DNA of 64,000 nucleotides. Origin: Lama guanicoe. Lineage: Eukaryota. Positions 13,045 to 27,589 of this stretch are shown in pieces. The stretch covers positions 496,001 through 560,000 of the forward strand of contig MU054098.1 in assembly GCA_013239625.1 (NCBI GenBank), written 5' to 3'. Made by a program: the position numbers and the translations under genes. The notes under the pieces are model-generated. The model was not told the origin of the DNA, made no database searches, and was given only the letters and a program-made list of their open reading frames with translations. Position 1 is the stretch's first letter. Each line of letters starts with the position of its first letter.

Positions 13045-13400
13045 AGTGTTCCTTAAAGTATGTTCTGTGGAGTAATGATCTCTCATGAGGTTAGCAGGTG
13101 TTACAAGGAAAAAAATGTTCTATGGCCAAATAAATTTGGTAAGTTCTGGTTTAAATAGCAGACTAACCATAGGTCCTAACTTGCCCAGGACATTTTCTGT
13201 ATGTGCTTGATGTCTTTGTGTAATTATTAATACATTCCCTTTGGCTCTCAGAAGTGGCCTAGTTTGGATGATTAATTATAGGCCACCCTATTTTCAGACA
13301 CAGAGCTTATGCTGCATTTCCAACACTTATTTGTCCCTGGACATTTTTTAAAAATTTAATGGGCATCTTATGGACTCCATGGAATATATTTAGGAAACAT
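13045..13400. mobile_element. Charlie4-like hAT element with a nested MER94-like MITE (about 13159-13290)
   Basis: Charlie-like gttctatggccaaataaatttggtaa; inner element with taattattaata...agtttggatgattaattataggccacccta resembles MER94. Confidence 0.6.
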
Positions 13401-13754
13401 TGTTTTTGGATCTATTTGATCTCTATGACTGTAAGCATCTTTTGGCAAAGTAAAGAGCATTTAGTCTCATGATGCCCATCCCCCTGCTTCTGGGCAGAAC
13501 AGAGAAAATGAGATCTTATAATCCACAAGATTGGCCCAGGACATTCTTTCATGGCTTGGAGTCTGAAGCCAACTGAGATGTTATAAGTCAGGGTACTGAT
13601 GTTGTAACTGTTAGTTTTAGGATAACTCTCCCTGCTTTCTATATTCTTGGAATCAAAGACTGGACCCACTACAGGAGGAAAGAAAAAAAAAGATCCACAT
13701 GCTTCACATAAGATCCCAATTCCCAGGTTTTCCTCCTGGATTCTATATTGAGTC

Positions 13755-14200
13755 TTTGTTTAAAGTTGAAGTATCATTGATGCACAATATTATATAAGTT
13801 ACAGGTGTACAATATAGTGATTTATAATTTTTAAAGGTCATACTCTACTTACAGTTCTTATAAAATATTGGCTAAATTCCATATGTTGTACAATACATCC
13901 TTGTAGCATATTTTAGCCATAATAGGTTGTACCATTTAATCCTTTACCCTTAACTTACCCCTCTCCCTTTTTCTCTCCTCACTGGTAACCACTAGTTTGT
14001 TCTCTATATCTGTGAGTCTATTTATTTTTTGTTATATTCACTAGTTCACTTTATTTTTTAGATTCCACATATAAGTAATATCATACATTATCTGTCTTTC
14101 TCTGTCTGACTTATTTCACTTAACATAATATCCTCCAAGTCCACCCCTGTTGTTGCAAATGGCAAATTTTCATTCTTTTTATGGCTGAGTAGTATTCCAT

Positions 14201-14262
<62 letters not shown>

Positions 14263-14781
14263 ATATCTTCTTCATTCATCTGTTGATGGACACTTAGATT
14301 GCTTCCATATTTTGGCTAATATAAATAATGCTGCTATGAATATTGGGGTGTATGTATCTTTTTGAATTAGTGGGGATTTTTTTGGATATATATGCAGGGG
14401 TGGAATTGCTGGATCATATGGTAATTCTATTTTTCATTTTTTGAGAAAACTCCATCTTATTTTTACAGTGGTTGCACCAATTTACACTCCTACCAACTGT
14501 GTATGAGGCTCCCTTTTCTCCACATCCTTGCCAACATTTGTTATTTATGTCCTTTTTGATGATGGCCATTCTGACAAGTATGAGGTGATATCTCATTGTG
14601 GTTTTGATTTGTATTTCCCTGATGATTAACAATCTTGAGCATATTCATGTCTTCTTTGGAAAAATGTCTGCTCAAGTCTTCTGCCCACTTTTTAACTGGG
14701 TAGTTTTGTTTTGATGTTGGGTTGTATGAGCTGTTTATATATTTTGGATGTTAACCCCTTATCAGTCATATTTGAAAATAT
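13755..14781 (-). mobile_element. L1 3' end, non-inverted part of a 5'-inverted L1
   Basis: Antisense 3'UTR and ORF2 C-terminus (ORF 14414-14632 [15 protein letters not shown]..). Confidence 0.92.
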
Positions 14782-16088
14782 GCAGAAAAATCTTTTGACA
14801 TAATTCAATATCCATTTACGATAAAAACTTTCCAGAAAGTAGGCATAGAGGGAACATACTTCAACATAATAAAGGCCATATATGGCAAACCAACATCTAA
14901 CATTTTATTCAATGGTGAAAAACTGAAAGCATTCCATCTAAAATAGGAACAAGACAAAGATGCCCACTCTTGCCACTTTTATTCAACATAGTGTTGGAAG
15001 TCTTAGCCACAGCGATCAGAGAAGAAAAAGAAATAAAAAGAATCTAAATTGGAAAGAAGGAAGTAAAACTGTCACTGTTTGCAGATGGCATGACACTCTA
15101 CATGGAAAATCCTAAAGATCTAGTAGTAGAAAACTACTAGAGCTCATTAATGAATTTAGTAAAGTTGAAGGATACAGAAATCTCTTGCATTTTTATACTC
15201 TAAGAATGAAACTTCGGAAAGAGAAATTAAGGAAACAATCTCATTTACCATCTCATCAAAAAGAATAAAATACCAAGGAATAAACCTACCTATGGTGGTA
15301 AAAGACCTGTACTCTGAAAACTATGACACTAATGAAAGAAACTGAAGATCACACAAACAGATGGAAAGATATCCCATGTTCCTGGATTGGAAGGCTCAAT
15401 ATTGTTAAAATGGCCATATTACCCAAGGCAATATACCAATCTTATGCAATCTTTCTCAAAATACTAATGGCATTTTTCACAGAACTAGAACAGAAAAATT
15501 TTTAAATTTGTATGGAAACACTAAAGACCCCAAATAGCTAAAACAATCTTGAAAAAGAAGAACAGAGCTGGAAAAATCATGCTCCCTGACTTCAGACTAA
15601 ATTACAAAGCTATAGTAATAAAAAAAAGTATGGTATTGGCACAAAAACAGACACATAGATCAATGGAATGGGATAGAGAGCCCAGAAATAAACCCATGCG
15701 CTATGGTTAATTAATTTATGACAAAGGAGGCAAGAATATACAATGGAGAAAAGACAATCTCTTCAATAAGCAGTGTTGGGAAAACTGGATAGATATATGT
15801 AAAAGAATGAAATTAGAATATTCTCTAACACCACCTACAAAAATAAATTCAAAATGGATTAAAGATCTAAATGTAAGAACAGAAACCATAAAACTCCTAG
15901 AGGAAAACATAAGCAGAATACTCTTTGACAAAGTGTAGCAATTTTTTTTTTTGGATCTGTCTTGTAAAACAAAGGAAATATAAGCAAAAATAAACAAATG
16001 GAACCTAATTAAACTTAAAAACTTTTGCACAGCAAAGGAAACCATAGACAAAATGAAATGGGAGAAAATATTTGCAAATTATGACTAA
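14780..16088 (+). mobile_element. L1 ORF2 (RT onward), inverted segment of the same insertion; disrupted
   Basis: Sense ORF2 remnants (ctgtttgcagatggcatg; [18 protein letters not shown]) with stops and frameshifts. Confidence 0.92.
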
Positions 16089-16489
16089 CATAGGGAGTTT
16101 TAACAGCTGCACTGATCTCAGTGTCATTCTGGAGTTCCATTCCTTCAGCTCTCAGATGACTGTCAATCAATCTTTCTGTTAAGGTGTTAGTGGATAAAAA
16201 CTTGGAGCAATAGATGTCTACCTTTTAAAAATAGCGCTTTCTTCGTTTGAAATCTTTAACACTAAAATATAAAACAGAGAAAGGTGAAGTTGCACCAGTT
16301 GAAGTATAAGAGAAGTGGGAAAGAGGGACATACTCTTTCAGCTTCTCTTCTCTTCCCCTTGCCAACTCCTCCATCTACCACCATGGTGAACCTTGATCCA
16401 CATGCTCAGAGCCATGGAGCTCTATGTGGAATAGGAAATTACTGGTTTATGTTATCTCACCCTAATGATATACTATAGATTGTAGTTAA

Positions 16490-16950
16490 ACACAGAATTA
16501 GGATCAGACAAATCTAGATCTGAATCCTGCCTTTGCTTCTTTCTGCCTGTATAAACATTGGCAATTTAAATAAATTTTCTGAGCATCAATGTCTTCATTT
16601 GTAAAATATGGATAAGTTTACCTTTTGGTAGATTAGTTTGCAGGTTAAATTATATAATGCTTATAAACTGACGAGCATTATTTTCAAGCAAGTACTGCAT
16701 GACAGATAACTATAGGTTGAAGAGCTGGGTTTTGCAGTCATACAGATCTGGATTTGAATTCTGATTTTGATCTCAAGCTGTATGATCCTGGAAAGATTAC
16801 TTAATTTCTCTAAGGATTCGCTTCCTCATCTGTCAAATTGAGATATTAAGTTATTTAACTCATGGGATTTTGTACATGTATGAGATAAAGTATGTAGTGT
16901 CTAACCCAGTGCATAGGATATAGACAGTACTGCAGTATTAGTATTGTTTT
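16490..16950 (+). mobile_element. Two tandem MIR SINEs
   Basis: ttcatttgtaaaatatggata and ttcctcatctgtcaaattgagata cores. Confidence 0.7.
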
Positions 16951-17003
16951 TGTCTCTGTTATTATTTATGTTTTGAATATAATTAATATTTGTGCTTCTA
17001 CAG

Positions 17004-17083
17004 GGACTTGAAGGTGACAAAGAATTTATGGCACCAAAGAATGGTCATGAGGATCACTACACTGGAGCTGTGTTCAAAATGTG
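17004..17083 (+). CDS. Candidate coding exon 3 of the hypothetical spliced ORF
   Basis: Good acceptor tttgtgcttctacag|, donor GTG|gtaacg, open in two frames. Confidence 0.3.
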
Positions 17084-18200
17084 GTAACGAACTTCTTCAG
17101 TTGAGGTCCTGGAGTGCGGGTGGCTGAAATAATTTCCTGTTGGACAACTCATTGCAAGAAAATGATGAATTAGGGGTGGTCAGAGGTGAAAAAAAAATGA
17201 TAAATGAGAGTAATTCATGAAAGAACATTCAAAATTTTCATTTCTTCAGTTCGAATATTACAAACGTTAACATAACTTAAAAATAAAATGTTTCCATTGA
17301 ATTTACTATCTTACGGAAATAGTAAGTGTGAGTTTCCTTGTGAACTATACTCTCGATGACCCCAGCTGAAATATTTACTGACTTGGGCAATTTATGTTAC
17401 TGCTTACGACCCAGCTGTGCCCGTTGGTGAACTGACTCTTGCAATTTAATCTCAGTGATTTAGACTGTCAGAATTTCTCCTTAGGCCATGTCAGTTAATC
17501 ATTCAGCACCCAGGATAAAGGCCATACTGGTTAAGAAGATGGAAATGAAGTGTCAGAAAAATTTGAGCACATTGAAAACTTCCTTCTGTGAGAAAGTGTG
17601 GGCTGTTCCCTGAGTGATTTTTCTGTAATGCAAATCTGATAATGTAACTCTCTTGCTTAAACTTTTCAGTGTGTTAGTATTGCTGTCATGATAAAGATCA
17701 ATTCCACTGAATGAGGTACAAGGCCCTTCATGATCTGGCCCCTCACTAGTTCTTCACTATGTTGCTTAACTCTGAGTACATACCTTTTTCCACCACCCCA
17801 TTCTTTTGGTTCTTCCTCCCTCCACCAACACCCTTCTGTCTGTCTTTCAGCCACACTAAGCTACTTGTAGTTCCTTAACCATGGCACGAACTCTCTTGGC
17901 TCTCATCCTTAAAATTTACTACCCTCTCTGCCTGCAACACCCTTCAACTACTCCTGCTTTGGCTGTGTTGGCTGATTTCTCCTTGTTCTTTCTGGGAGTC
18001 ATTTCCTACAGAAAGCCTTATGTAAGGAAAGAAAGTATCTTTCTTTCCAAATAAAAAAGTATACTGTAACATTTAATATGCTTAAAAAATATACCTTTCC
18101 TTGCCCTACAGATTCTGTCAACACTCCTTTCTGATCTTCTTTAGCATCCCACCCATCTGGTTGCAAATCACTGCTATAAGTAATACAATTTTATTTAAAG

Positions 18201-18337
18201 AGGAGATGAAGGAGAGTGCCAAGAACCAGTTTGTGGTTATGTTTGGAATGTCATCCTTCCCCAGGAATTTGGAGACACTAAAGGTAGAAGAAAAGAGTGC
18301 TCCAGATTTACAAGCTGCCATGCTACCTGAGTTGTAG
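18201..18337 (+). CDS. Candidate terminal coding exon of the hypothetical spliced ORF
   Basis: Acceptor ttttatttaaag|; reads EEMKESAKNQFVVMFG...MLPEL*; AATAAA at 18990-18995. Confidence 0.2.
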
Positions 18338-19679
18338 TCCTGGCTCTGCAACTAAGTATTTTTGTTGATTTAGGCATTTCAAAACCTTTTCTAGGTTTTC
18401 CTTCTCTCATCTTTAAAATGAGAAAATTCAACTAGGTTATTAGCATTTCTTGGAGTATATTAGGTGTGCTAATATTTTGTTAGGTGTTACTAAAAAAAGT
18501 TGGTTGCAACTAGATACATTTGAAATGCTCTAAACAAAGTGGAATAGTTTTCTTAGAATTATCAAGATCCTGTAACATGCTAATGTCCTCTAGAGTCCTA
18601 TAGAGGAGCCTTCACTATGAATTTTTTTTTTGTATGTATTAAGCATGAAGTCCTTTTGATTTAGAATCCCTTGTAGAACTCATATTCTGTATAATACAGC
18701 TGGACTAAATGATTTCTCAGGGCCTTTCCTATTATGACATATTTTGATTATTTTAGTGAAATTGACCCTTGACCTCTATGTTTTCTTTAGACTCATTTCC
18801 AAAGCAGCCTTAAGCATTCATCTCTGATTCATTGATAATCCAATTATTGACACACCCTATGGAGCTGCTGGGATGTGACTTTAGTGAAAAGGCAATTTGT
18901 TGTGCCTTTTAAATGACTCCATGTTTCTGGAATGCACAATTTAGAGGATGGTGACTAGCTTCAACTAGTTGTTTTCATGTATTACATAAAATAAACACGT
19001 AATTTTTATATAAGAGGCTTTGGGGCATTCTGTATTAGTCATTAGTTATGCAATCGAGGGGGTTGTGTTGAAAAACTTTCTGGAGAAAATATCTTGGGAA
19101 ACCACCTAAAGAAATATGGAAATTTTGACAATGATCCTATTTCCTGGGGCCTGTGCATTCCCTTTTCTAGATTAATAGTGATTTGTTAGAACAAAACAAA
19201 ATGAAACAGACTTCCCTCTCAAACAGTGAGCTTCTTGTCACCAGCACTGCTTGAAGGATTACAGCTGAGCTAGTTCATGAAATGTCAGGAACGTAGAAGA
19301 AATTCTCGCATTTAAGGTGAATTAGACCAGATTACCTTGGGAAGGTCTTTTCTAGATCTAAGACTAGTTTGGAGTGATGCAGTCCTCTCATTCTGAATGT
19401 AATTACACATTTAGAATCTCTTTTCTGGAGATTAGCCTCCAGAGATCTAATTTAAAACTGAACAAACAATACTTGGAATGTTTTCCTTTAGTTATTAGTA
19501 GACCTTTATTCTTCACATAATTGTACCCTTTGAGATAAAATTAGTAAGATACAGTCCCTATCCTCAAGTAGTTTTTAGTTCAGAGTAGACAATCATGTAA
19601 GCAGTTACAATCCTGTATAAAATTAGATATAATGGAATTGTAAAAATAAGGAATAGGTGCTATGGGAAATGTTTTCCTG

Positions 19680-22600
19680 GTTAGTTCTTGTGTTTTCTTG
19701 TTTAAGAAATCATTTCTTTATCTAAGCTCATATAAATACTCTTTTTATATTTCCTTTGTAAAATTTTAAAGTTTTCTCTTTCATATTTAAGTCTTGAATC
19801 CATCTTGAATTAAATGTTGTGTATCATGTAATATAGGACGTCAACTTCATTTTTTTCAAGTGGGTAACCAGTTCATCCCAGTATATCTCACTGAGCCATC
19901 CCTCCTTTCCCCACTGATTTACAGTGAGCCCTGGCATATATTGTTTCCATATGTGAATGAATATTTCCAGTCTCCCTATTCTGTTCAGCAGTACACTGTG
20001 GAATGGAAGCAGTCATAGTGGATATCATTGTTTTCTTCTGGATTTTAAAGAAAGTGCTTCAAACTAACTATTGAGAATGATATTTACTATATTTTTTTGG
20101 TTGATACCCTTTATCAGGTTAGCAAAATTTCATTTTATTCTTCATTGGTAAGACTTAAAATTTTTAAATGTATGCTGAATTTTATTTAAAATGTTGTACC
20201 TATTGAGATTATTATATATATTTGCTCTTTTAATCTGTTAAAAGTTGAATTACATTTATGGACTTGATAATGTTAAACCAGCTTTATTTTCCCGAGATCA
20301 ACCTAACTTTAATAATGTATTATTATCTTTACACACCACTAGTTTCTGTTTGGTTTTTTTTTTTGGATCTTTGCATCTAAGATCACAAGTGAGATTTGCC
20401 TGTAAAGACCCTTATTCATCTCTTACTCATACTGTTATTTTAAATCTAAAATAAAGTAATGGTGTGTTCCTTTTTCTTCTAGTCTCTGAAAGATTTGAAT
20501 AATCTTCCATTTTTAAGGCTCCTATTTCTATAGGTAGAAACCTCTTAAATTAGTTTAAAATAAATTTAAAATATGTCTGAACATTTAAACAATATTGCTA
20601 CAATTCATATAGGATTTATGTACACCCATTTAAAGTGTATAATTCAAATTATTAAGTATATTTACACAGTGTGTAACTATCATATAATCTAATTTTAGAA
20701 CATTTCATCACTCCGGAAGTAATCTTATACCTATCAGCAGTCACTCCTCATTCTCTCTCCACCCCTCCTTCAACCCAGGAAACCATTAATCTATCTTCTA
20801 TGTCCTATAGGTTTGCTTATCATAGACATTTCATCAAAATGGAATCATCAAATATGTGGCCTTTGTGTCTGGCTTCTTTTACTTTGTATAATGTTTTCAA
20901 GATTCATCAATGTTGTGGCATGAATCTGTACTTCCTTCCTTTTTATGGCTGAATAGTATTTTATTGTATGAATAAAATATATACCATATTTTGTCGATCC
21001 ATTCATCAATTGATGGACGTTTGGGTTATTTCCACTCTTGTTTTTTTGTGAATAATTATGCTATGAACATTTGTGAACAAAGTTTTCCTTGAATGTTTGT
21101 TTTCAGTTTTCTTGGTTATACACTTAGTAGAATTGCTCAGTCACATAATAATGCTATGTTTAAATTTTAAGGAACTGCCAAATGCTTTTCCAAAGTGGCT
21201 GTGCCACTTTGTATTCCCCTAGCAATGTATGAGGGTTTTATTTTCTCCATATCCTCACCAACAATTGTTATTTTCTGTCATTTTGATTCTGGTCATCCTT
21301 GGTTGTGGAATAGTATCTCATTGTGCTTTTTAATTTGTATTTCCCTAATCTCTTCAAGTGCTTGCTGGCCATTTATATATCTTCTTTGGAAAAATGTCTT
21401 TGAGTCTTTTGCTTAATTTTAATTTTTAAAATTTTTTGCCCAAATTTAAATTATTTATTATTTTATGATGAAAGTATAAACGTTCTTTACATATTCTAGT
21501 ATATACCACTAAGAATATATCTAAGAGAGTTGAAAATAGGTGTTAAAAGATTTAGAAGATATATGATTTGTAAAAATTTCTTCTCATTCTGTGGATTATC
21601 TTTCCACTTTCTTGATAGTCCTTTGAAGCACAAATAATTTTAATGTTAATGAAGTTAAATTATCATTTATTGCTTGTGATTTTGGTGTCATAGCTAACAT
21701 CATGAAAGATTCACTCCAATGTTTTCTTCTAAGATTTTTATAGCTTTACATTTTATAGATCTTACATTTAGATCTATAATTAATTTGGAGTTAATTTTTG
21801 TATATGATGCCTGAACTTTATTCTTTTGCATGTTGATATCCATTTGTTCCAGCATCATTTGTTCACAAGATTATTCCTTCCTCATTGAATTATTTTGACT
21901 CCTTTGTTGAAAACTTTAAATGTAAGGTTTATTTCTGTATTCCCAATTCTGTTCCATGGATCTCTATGTCTATTCCTATATCAATACCACATTATCTTGA
22001 TTTGAGTAGGTTTATAACAAGTTTCAAAATCAGGAAGTGTAAGTCCTCCAGGGATAGTTTCTATGTTTTATTTTCTTCCTGTGTATGTGCTATACTTTCT
22101 TATTTCTTTGCATGTCTCATAATTTTTTTTCAAAACTAGATATTTTAATTAATATAATGTATTAACTCTGGAAATCAGATTCTTGCCCTCCTCCTAAGTT
22201 TTTGTTTGTTATGTTAATATTATTGTTGATTGTTTCTTAGTAACTTTACTGAATTAATTCTGTAAAGTATTTTTTTGTTTTGTGTAGTCACTGAAGTCTC
22301 TGTTTACCTAGGTAACTCATATGCTGATGAATCAGTAGAGATTTCCTTAAACACCTAGAACCAAGCAGTTTCCTAATATTTGCTGAAGGGCTTTGTGTGC
22401 ATGTTGGGGCATACCTAAAACACTCAGCCAGGTAATTGCAGCTCTCCCTCAGCCTTTACTTACTGCTTGTGCAGAGCTTCCAGGTCAGCCAGACATGGGC
22501 TTAGGACTTTTTCAGGTCTTTCCTGAGCATATGAACATTTCTGGGCATGTGCATATCTCTACACATGCTTGTGGCATTCTGGAGTCCCAGGAATATGTCA

Positions 22601-25600
22601 GAGCTTTTTGAATCCCTAGGGATATCTCATTCTCCAGCTTTTTCTTTCTAGGATTTTGATCAGTCTACCATTTGCCCCAACTCTTATCAACCTTCTCAGG
22701 CAGCCTCAAATTCAAACAACTATCTCTAAATGAGTTCACCTCAATTCCTTGGGGAAAAGGCTGAGTCAGGTCAGGTGAAGATAGTCTGAAATTAGGATGT
22801 TCTGGGGAACTACTAGTTACAAGAAGGAGTAGCATATCTGTGAGAATGAAGTTATCAAGGACCTCCGATCCTGTTCTACCTCTGTGGTGACTTCTGGGCT
22901 GCTAGTTTTCACCGTGATAGCTAGCTGTGACTTTTCAAGGGTCTCACGGAACTTTAGAGATGGGGATAGCAATAGTACAAGTCAGCATATACAAAACTCG
23001 TTGTTTTTTATCAAGATTCATCTGTATTTCTTGAATAAATCCTCCCTAGATTCCTGGATTACAGAGTTCTAAAAATATTGATTCTAACCATTTCTGCCAA
23101 TTTTCTCCCTGCTTTGATGAAGGAGAGAACTTTTTGTTAGGTCACACTGCTGGTTATGTGTTGCAACTACTTTCTCCCCAACTGTGTCCTTGTCTTTTTA
23201 ACCTCTAAATTGTGTCTTTGATAAGCAGGTATAATTTTTTTTCTCTTTCAGGATACATTTCTATTCACTTAAAGTGAATGTTTCATCACTGATTAAATAG
23301 CATTTAATATCAGAATCCTATTATTTTGTTTTATCTTCTTTAGCATTTTTTGTTTGTTTTTAAATAAATTTTATTGAAGTTTAATTCACATAAAAATAAG
23401 ATGCATCCATTACATTTAGATGATGCTTCAAAATATTTCCATTCATGTAAGTACCATTACAATTAAGATATGGAATATTTCCATTACCCCAAAAAGTTTC
23501 CTTATGACCCACTGTACTCAAACTCCTTTCCCCACCATTAACCCTTGGCATCTACTCATTGTTTCCTGTTCCTATAGTTTTATCTTTTCCAGAATGTCAT
23601 TTTAATTGACTCATTAAGCATGTAGTCTTTTGAATCTGGTCTCCTTCATTTTGCGTAATGGTTTTGAGATTCATCCATGATGTTGGTTGTATAAGTAGTT
23701 TGTTCCTTTTTATTTTTAAAGTACTCTTCCGCTGTTTGGATGTACAATGACTTTTTTTTATCTATTTATTGATTAAAGGACATTTGGATTGTCTCTTGCA
23801 TTTGGCTATTATGGATAAAGTTGCAATGAACATTCATTCACATGCAGTCACTTGTGTGGAGATATGTTTTCTTTTCTCTTAAATAAATATCTGGGAGTGA
23901 ATTTTGGGGTCACATGGTACATGTACATTTAACTTTGTAAAATGTATATAAAACTTTATAGAAATATCTTGTCTCTTTTCCAAAGTGTATGTAACATTTT
24001 GTATTTCCACCAACAGTATGTGAGAGTTCTAGTTACTCCAGTCACATACACTTGACATTGTCTTTTAACTTTTTTCTATTCTGTTGTTTGTGTAATGGTA
24101 TCTCATTTTTAAAATTTTGCCCTTCTATTATTAGTAATAAGACTGAAGACTTTTTAATATATTTTTGGCCATACTCTTTTGTAAAATGCTTGTTGAAGTC
24201 TTCTGTGTAATTTTATATTGGAGTGTCTGTCATTTCTTCTTGATTTTATGAGTTCTTTATCCTTTAATGATATGAATTATTTGCTGGTTATGTGTTGCAA
24301 ATATCTTTTAGTAAAGTGTGACTTGTTTTTTAGTCTGTTATGACATCAATAAATAGATATCCTTAATTTTAATGTGGTTTATCAATCACTTATTTTAAGA
24401 TTAGCCTTTTATGTATCTTGTTTAAGAAAGCTTTTCTTACCCCAAGGTGATGAAGATATATTCTCCTCTATACACTGAATTGTTTTAATTTTTATATTTA
24501 GACCTACAGTCCACCTAGTATTGATCTGTGTGTCTGGCAAATGTAAATTTTTTTCTGTTTCTTGTATTTTTATTCAATTGATCCCTTGCCATTTATTAAA
24601 AAAAAAGTTTCTTCCCTACTTCTTTTCAGTGCCATCATTGTTATAATTTGAGTATTTGAATAATTATGGATCTATTTTGGACTCTTCTGTTCTATTGGTC
24701 TATTTTGCTATCATTGTGCAATATCACAATATCTTATTTACTGTAGCTTTATGAGTTTTGATATCTGATTGTAAAAGTCCTCTACTTTGTTCTATTTCTT
24801 CCACAAAATTATTTGGGTATCCCTAGACCTTTGAATTTCCATATATACTTTAGCATGAGTTTGACAATTTCGACAAAAAGACTTTCTGAGATTTTTATTG
24901 AGATTGTATTGACTATCTTAGATTGCTTTGGGGAAGAAGCATCATCATTACAATATTGAATCTTCAAATTCATTAACATAGTATAACATTCCATTTATTT
25001 AGGTTCTCTTTCATTTCTTTTCAAAATGTTTTATAGTTTTCAGTGTAGAATTTTTACATATTGCTCATTAGACTTATTAGTAGGAATGCGTTAACTTTTC
25101 ATGCCATTTCAAATGGTATATATTTTAAAACTTCATCTTTAGTTTGTCACTGGTATATAAATATTGATTTTGTATACAGCTGTGGTGTAAGATCTAAAAT
25201 TAAGGCCATTTATTATGTGCTGCCTTAACTTCTAGTAAAACTAGAAGTTCTCCTTCGCATTCTTCTCCTGCAGATAAAATCCCCTGGCTTAAAATATCCT
25301 CCTTATCAGGGGGACCAGACATATTTCTTGCTTGTCCTAGAGAAGCAAGCTCATTTCCCCTCCCTGACAACCCACAGAATTATTCAAAGAAACCAATCAC
25401 ATCCTACACAAACCAGAGTCACCTCATCCTCTTGATACTAAAAACCTTGCCTCCTACAGATCTTGGTTGCCCACTCTGTTCCTGAGAACTGTGTGGCCTT
25501 GAGTGATGTGTAGTGCTTTCCTCCCTTGGGCTGGGGATATACATGACTAACAAACTGTTATCATCCCATCTGACAAGCACTGGGTGTCATGTGTTTGCCA

Positions 25601-27400
25601 GCCTCATAACTCTAGGGCATGAATCCCTTCTTCATCAACACAGTGAATAGGAGGTGATTAAAACAACTGCTTGCTTGCTAAACACACTTATCTTGTACTT
25701 TGAATATTCTTTGGATTTCCTGCAAACATAATCATGTATTTGCAAGTAATGTCAGTTTTATTTCTCCTTTTTAAATTCTTGTGCTTACTATTTTTCTTGC
25801 CTTAATGAACTGGTTGGAACACTTTCAGTACAGTGTTGACTACTGGTAGAGATTGTGGACTTCTTTTGCCTTTCCCAACCTCAGGAGAAAAGCCTTCAAC
25901 ATTTCATCCCTAAGTCCTTTGTAATAGTTTTTTTTTCCCCCAGTGGATACCATATATTAGATTAAATGTGTTACCTCCTATTTCTAGTCTTTTAGAGTTC
26001 TCACCATAAATGTGAGTTGAATCTTCTTATGTACTTTTTATGCACCTATGAGATGATTATTTTTCTCTTTTCTTCTGTTAATGTAGTGAATTACATTGAT
26101 TGATTTCTAATACATTAAATCAACCTTGTGTTCCTGGAAAAAACTTAGCTTTTTTGTTAATTTATAATTTTCGCTATTGTGTTCATGAGTAAGTTAAACT
26201 TATTCACTATAAAATATAACATTTTATATCTAGTGATGATTTTTACCTTACAATCTACTTTTTGTGATATTAATTTTGCTATAACAACTTTATTTTTAAT
26301 TAGTTTTTGCCTGCTATATCTTATTCCATCTTTTTACTTTAATTATTTATATCTTTACATTAAAAAATTTTTTTTAAATGCAACATGTAGCTGTTGGAAA
26401 TATTTATCTTTTAACTGTATCATTTAGTCCATTTTTGTGGAATGTATTTACTGATATATTTTAGCTTAATTAATACCTTGCTATTTGCTTTCTCTTTGTA
26501 CAACTGCTTTATGTCCCTTTTCTTTCTTTCTTGCCTTAATTTGTATTGATCATTTTTATTATATTGTATTTCCCATATTAACTTTATACTTAAATATTAT
26601 TGTAATATTCATAGTGATTACCATAGATATTGTAAAGTATATCTCTGATATTACTATATAAATTAGTACCTTTACCTCTTTTTGGACCATTCAATGACTG
26701 TAGAATTTTTAAATTCCATTTATCTTCTCTGTCTTATATGTTACTTTTGTCACAAATATTTATTGTCTGCATTTTTAGACCATTCAATACATTATTAGTA
26801 ATAACTAGTGCTAATTTTGGTGTGGCCACATAGTTATCCTTTCGTTGCTCTTTGTTCCTTCCTTCATCTTCAGATTTGTTTTAGTTTATTTTTCCTGCCT
26901 GAATATCATCCTTCAGTAGTTTTTCAACTGTGTGTCTGCTGTTGACAAATTTTTTAAGTGTTTTGTTTGTTTGTTTAAAAATGTCTTTCCTTCTTAATGT
27001 ATATTTTTGTTATATATAGATCTATAATCTGGTCATTTTCTTTTTTAGTAACTTGAAGTTATGCTGCTGTTTCCTACTTTTCATTTTCATTTAAGAAGTG
27101 ACTTGTCAATTTTATTTTTGCTGCTTTGTCGAAAATGAAAATAAGTCTTTTTTTTCTGGCTATTTTCAACTTTTTCTTCATCTTTGATTTTTAGAAATTT
27201 TACTATGATGTGCCTAGGAGCGGTAATGTTATTATTTATCCTGACTGAAGATTGTAGTCTTGAATCTGTAGTTTGATGTCTTTCTGTAGTTTGGGGAAAT
27301 TATCTGCCACTATCTCTACCAATAGTGTGTTTTTCCCATTCTATCTCTTCTCTCCTTTGGAGACTCCAATTACAAATGTATATATAACATTTTCACTACA
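19680..27400 (-). mobile_element. Block of nested old L1 fragments (L1M-type 3' ends, ORF2 and 5' parts)
   Basis: Continuous T-rich antisense L1 sequence with new 3' ends starting near 20560 and 23350; ORF 24809-24994 resembles ORF2 (KLMLKYIWKFK). Confidence 0.85.
25181..25665 (+). mobile_element. ERVL solo LTR (MER54/MER73-like) inserted in L1
   Basis: TG...CA termini, 5-bp TSD acagc/actgc, aaaattaaggcc..ttatgtgctgcctt start. Confidence 0.75.
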
Positions 27401-27589
27401 CCATCAATGAACACTTAGAATACAAAGTTGTCTGATACTGAATTCCTCTGAACTACTTTAAATTGGGAAATGACACAGATTCTAATACTGAAAATATCAC
27501 TCTAGTAGTTAACGCAGATGGCCATGAAGCACAGAATGGAGGCAAGGAGGATAGTTATAAAACTGTAACTATAATCCTATTTTTGACCA

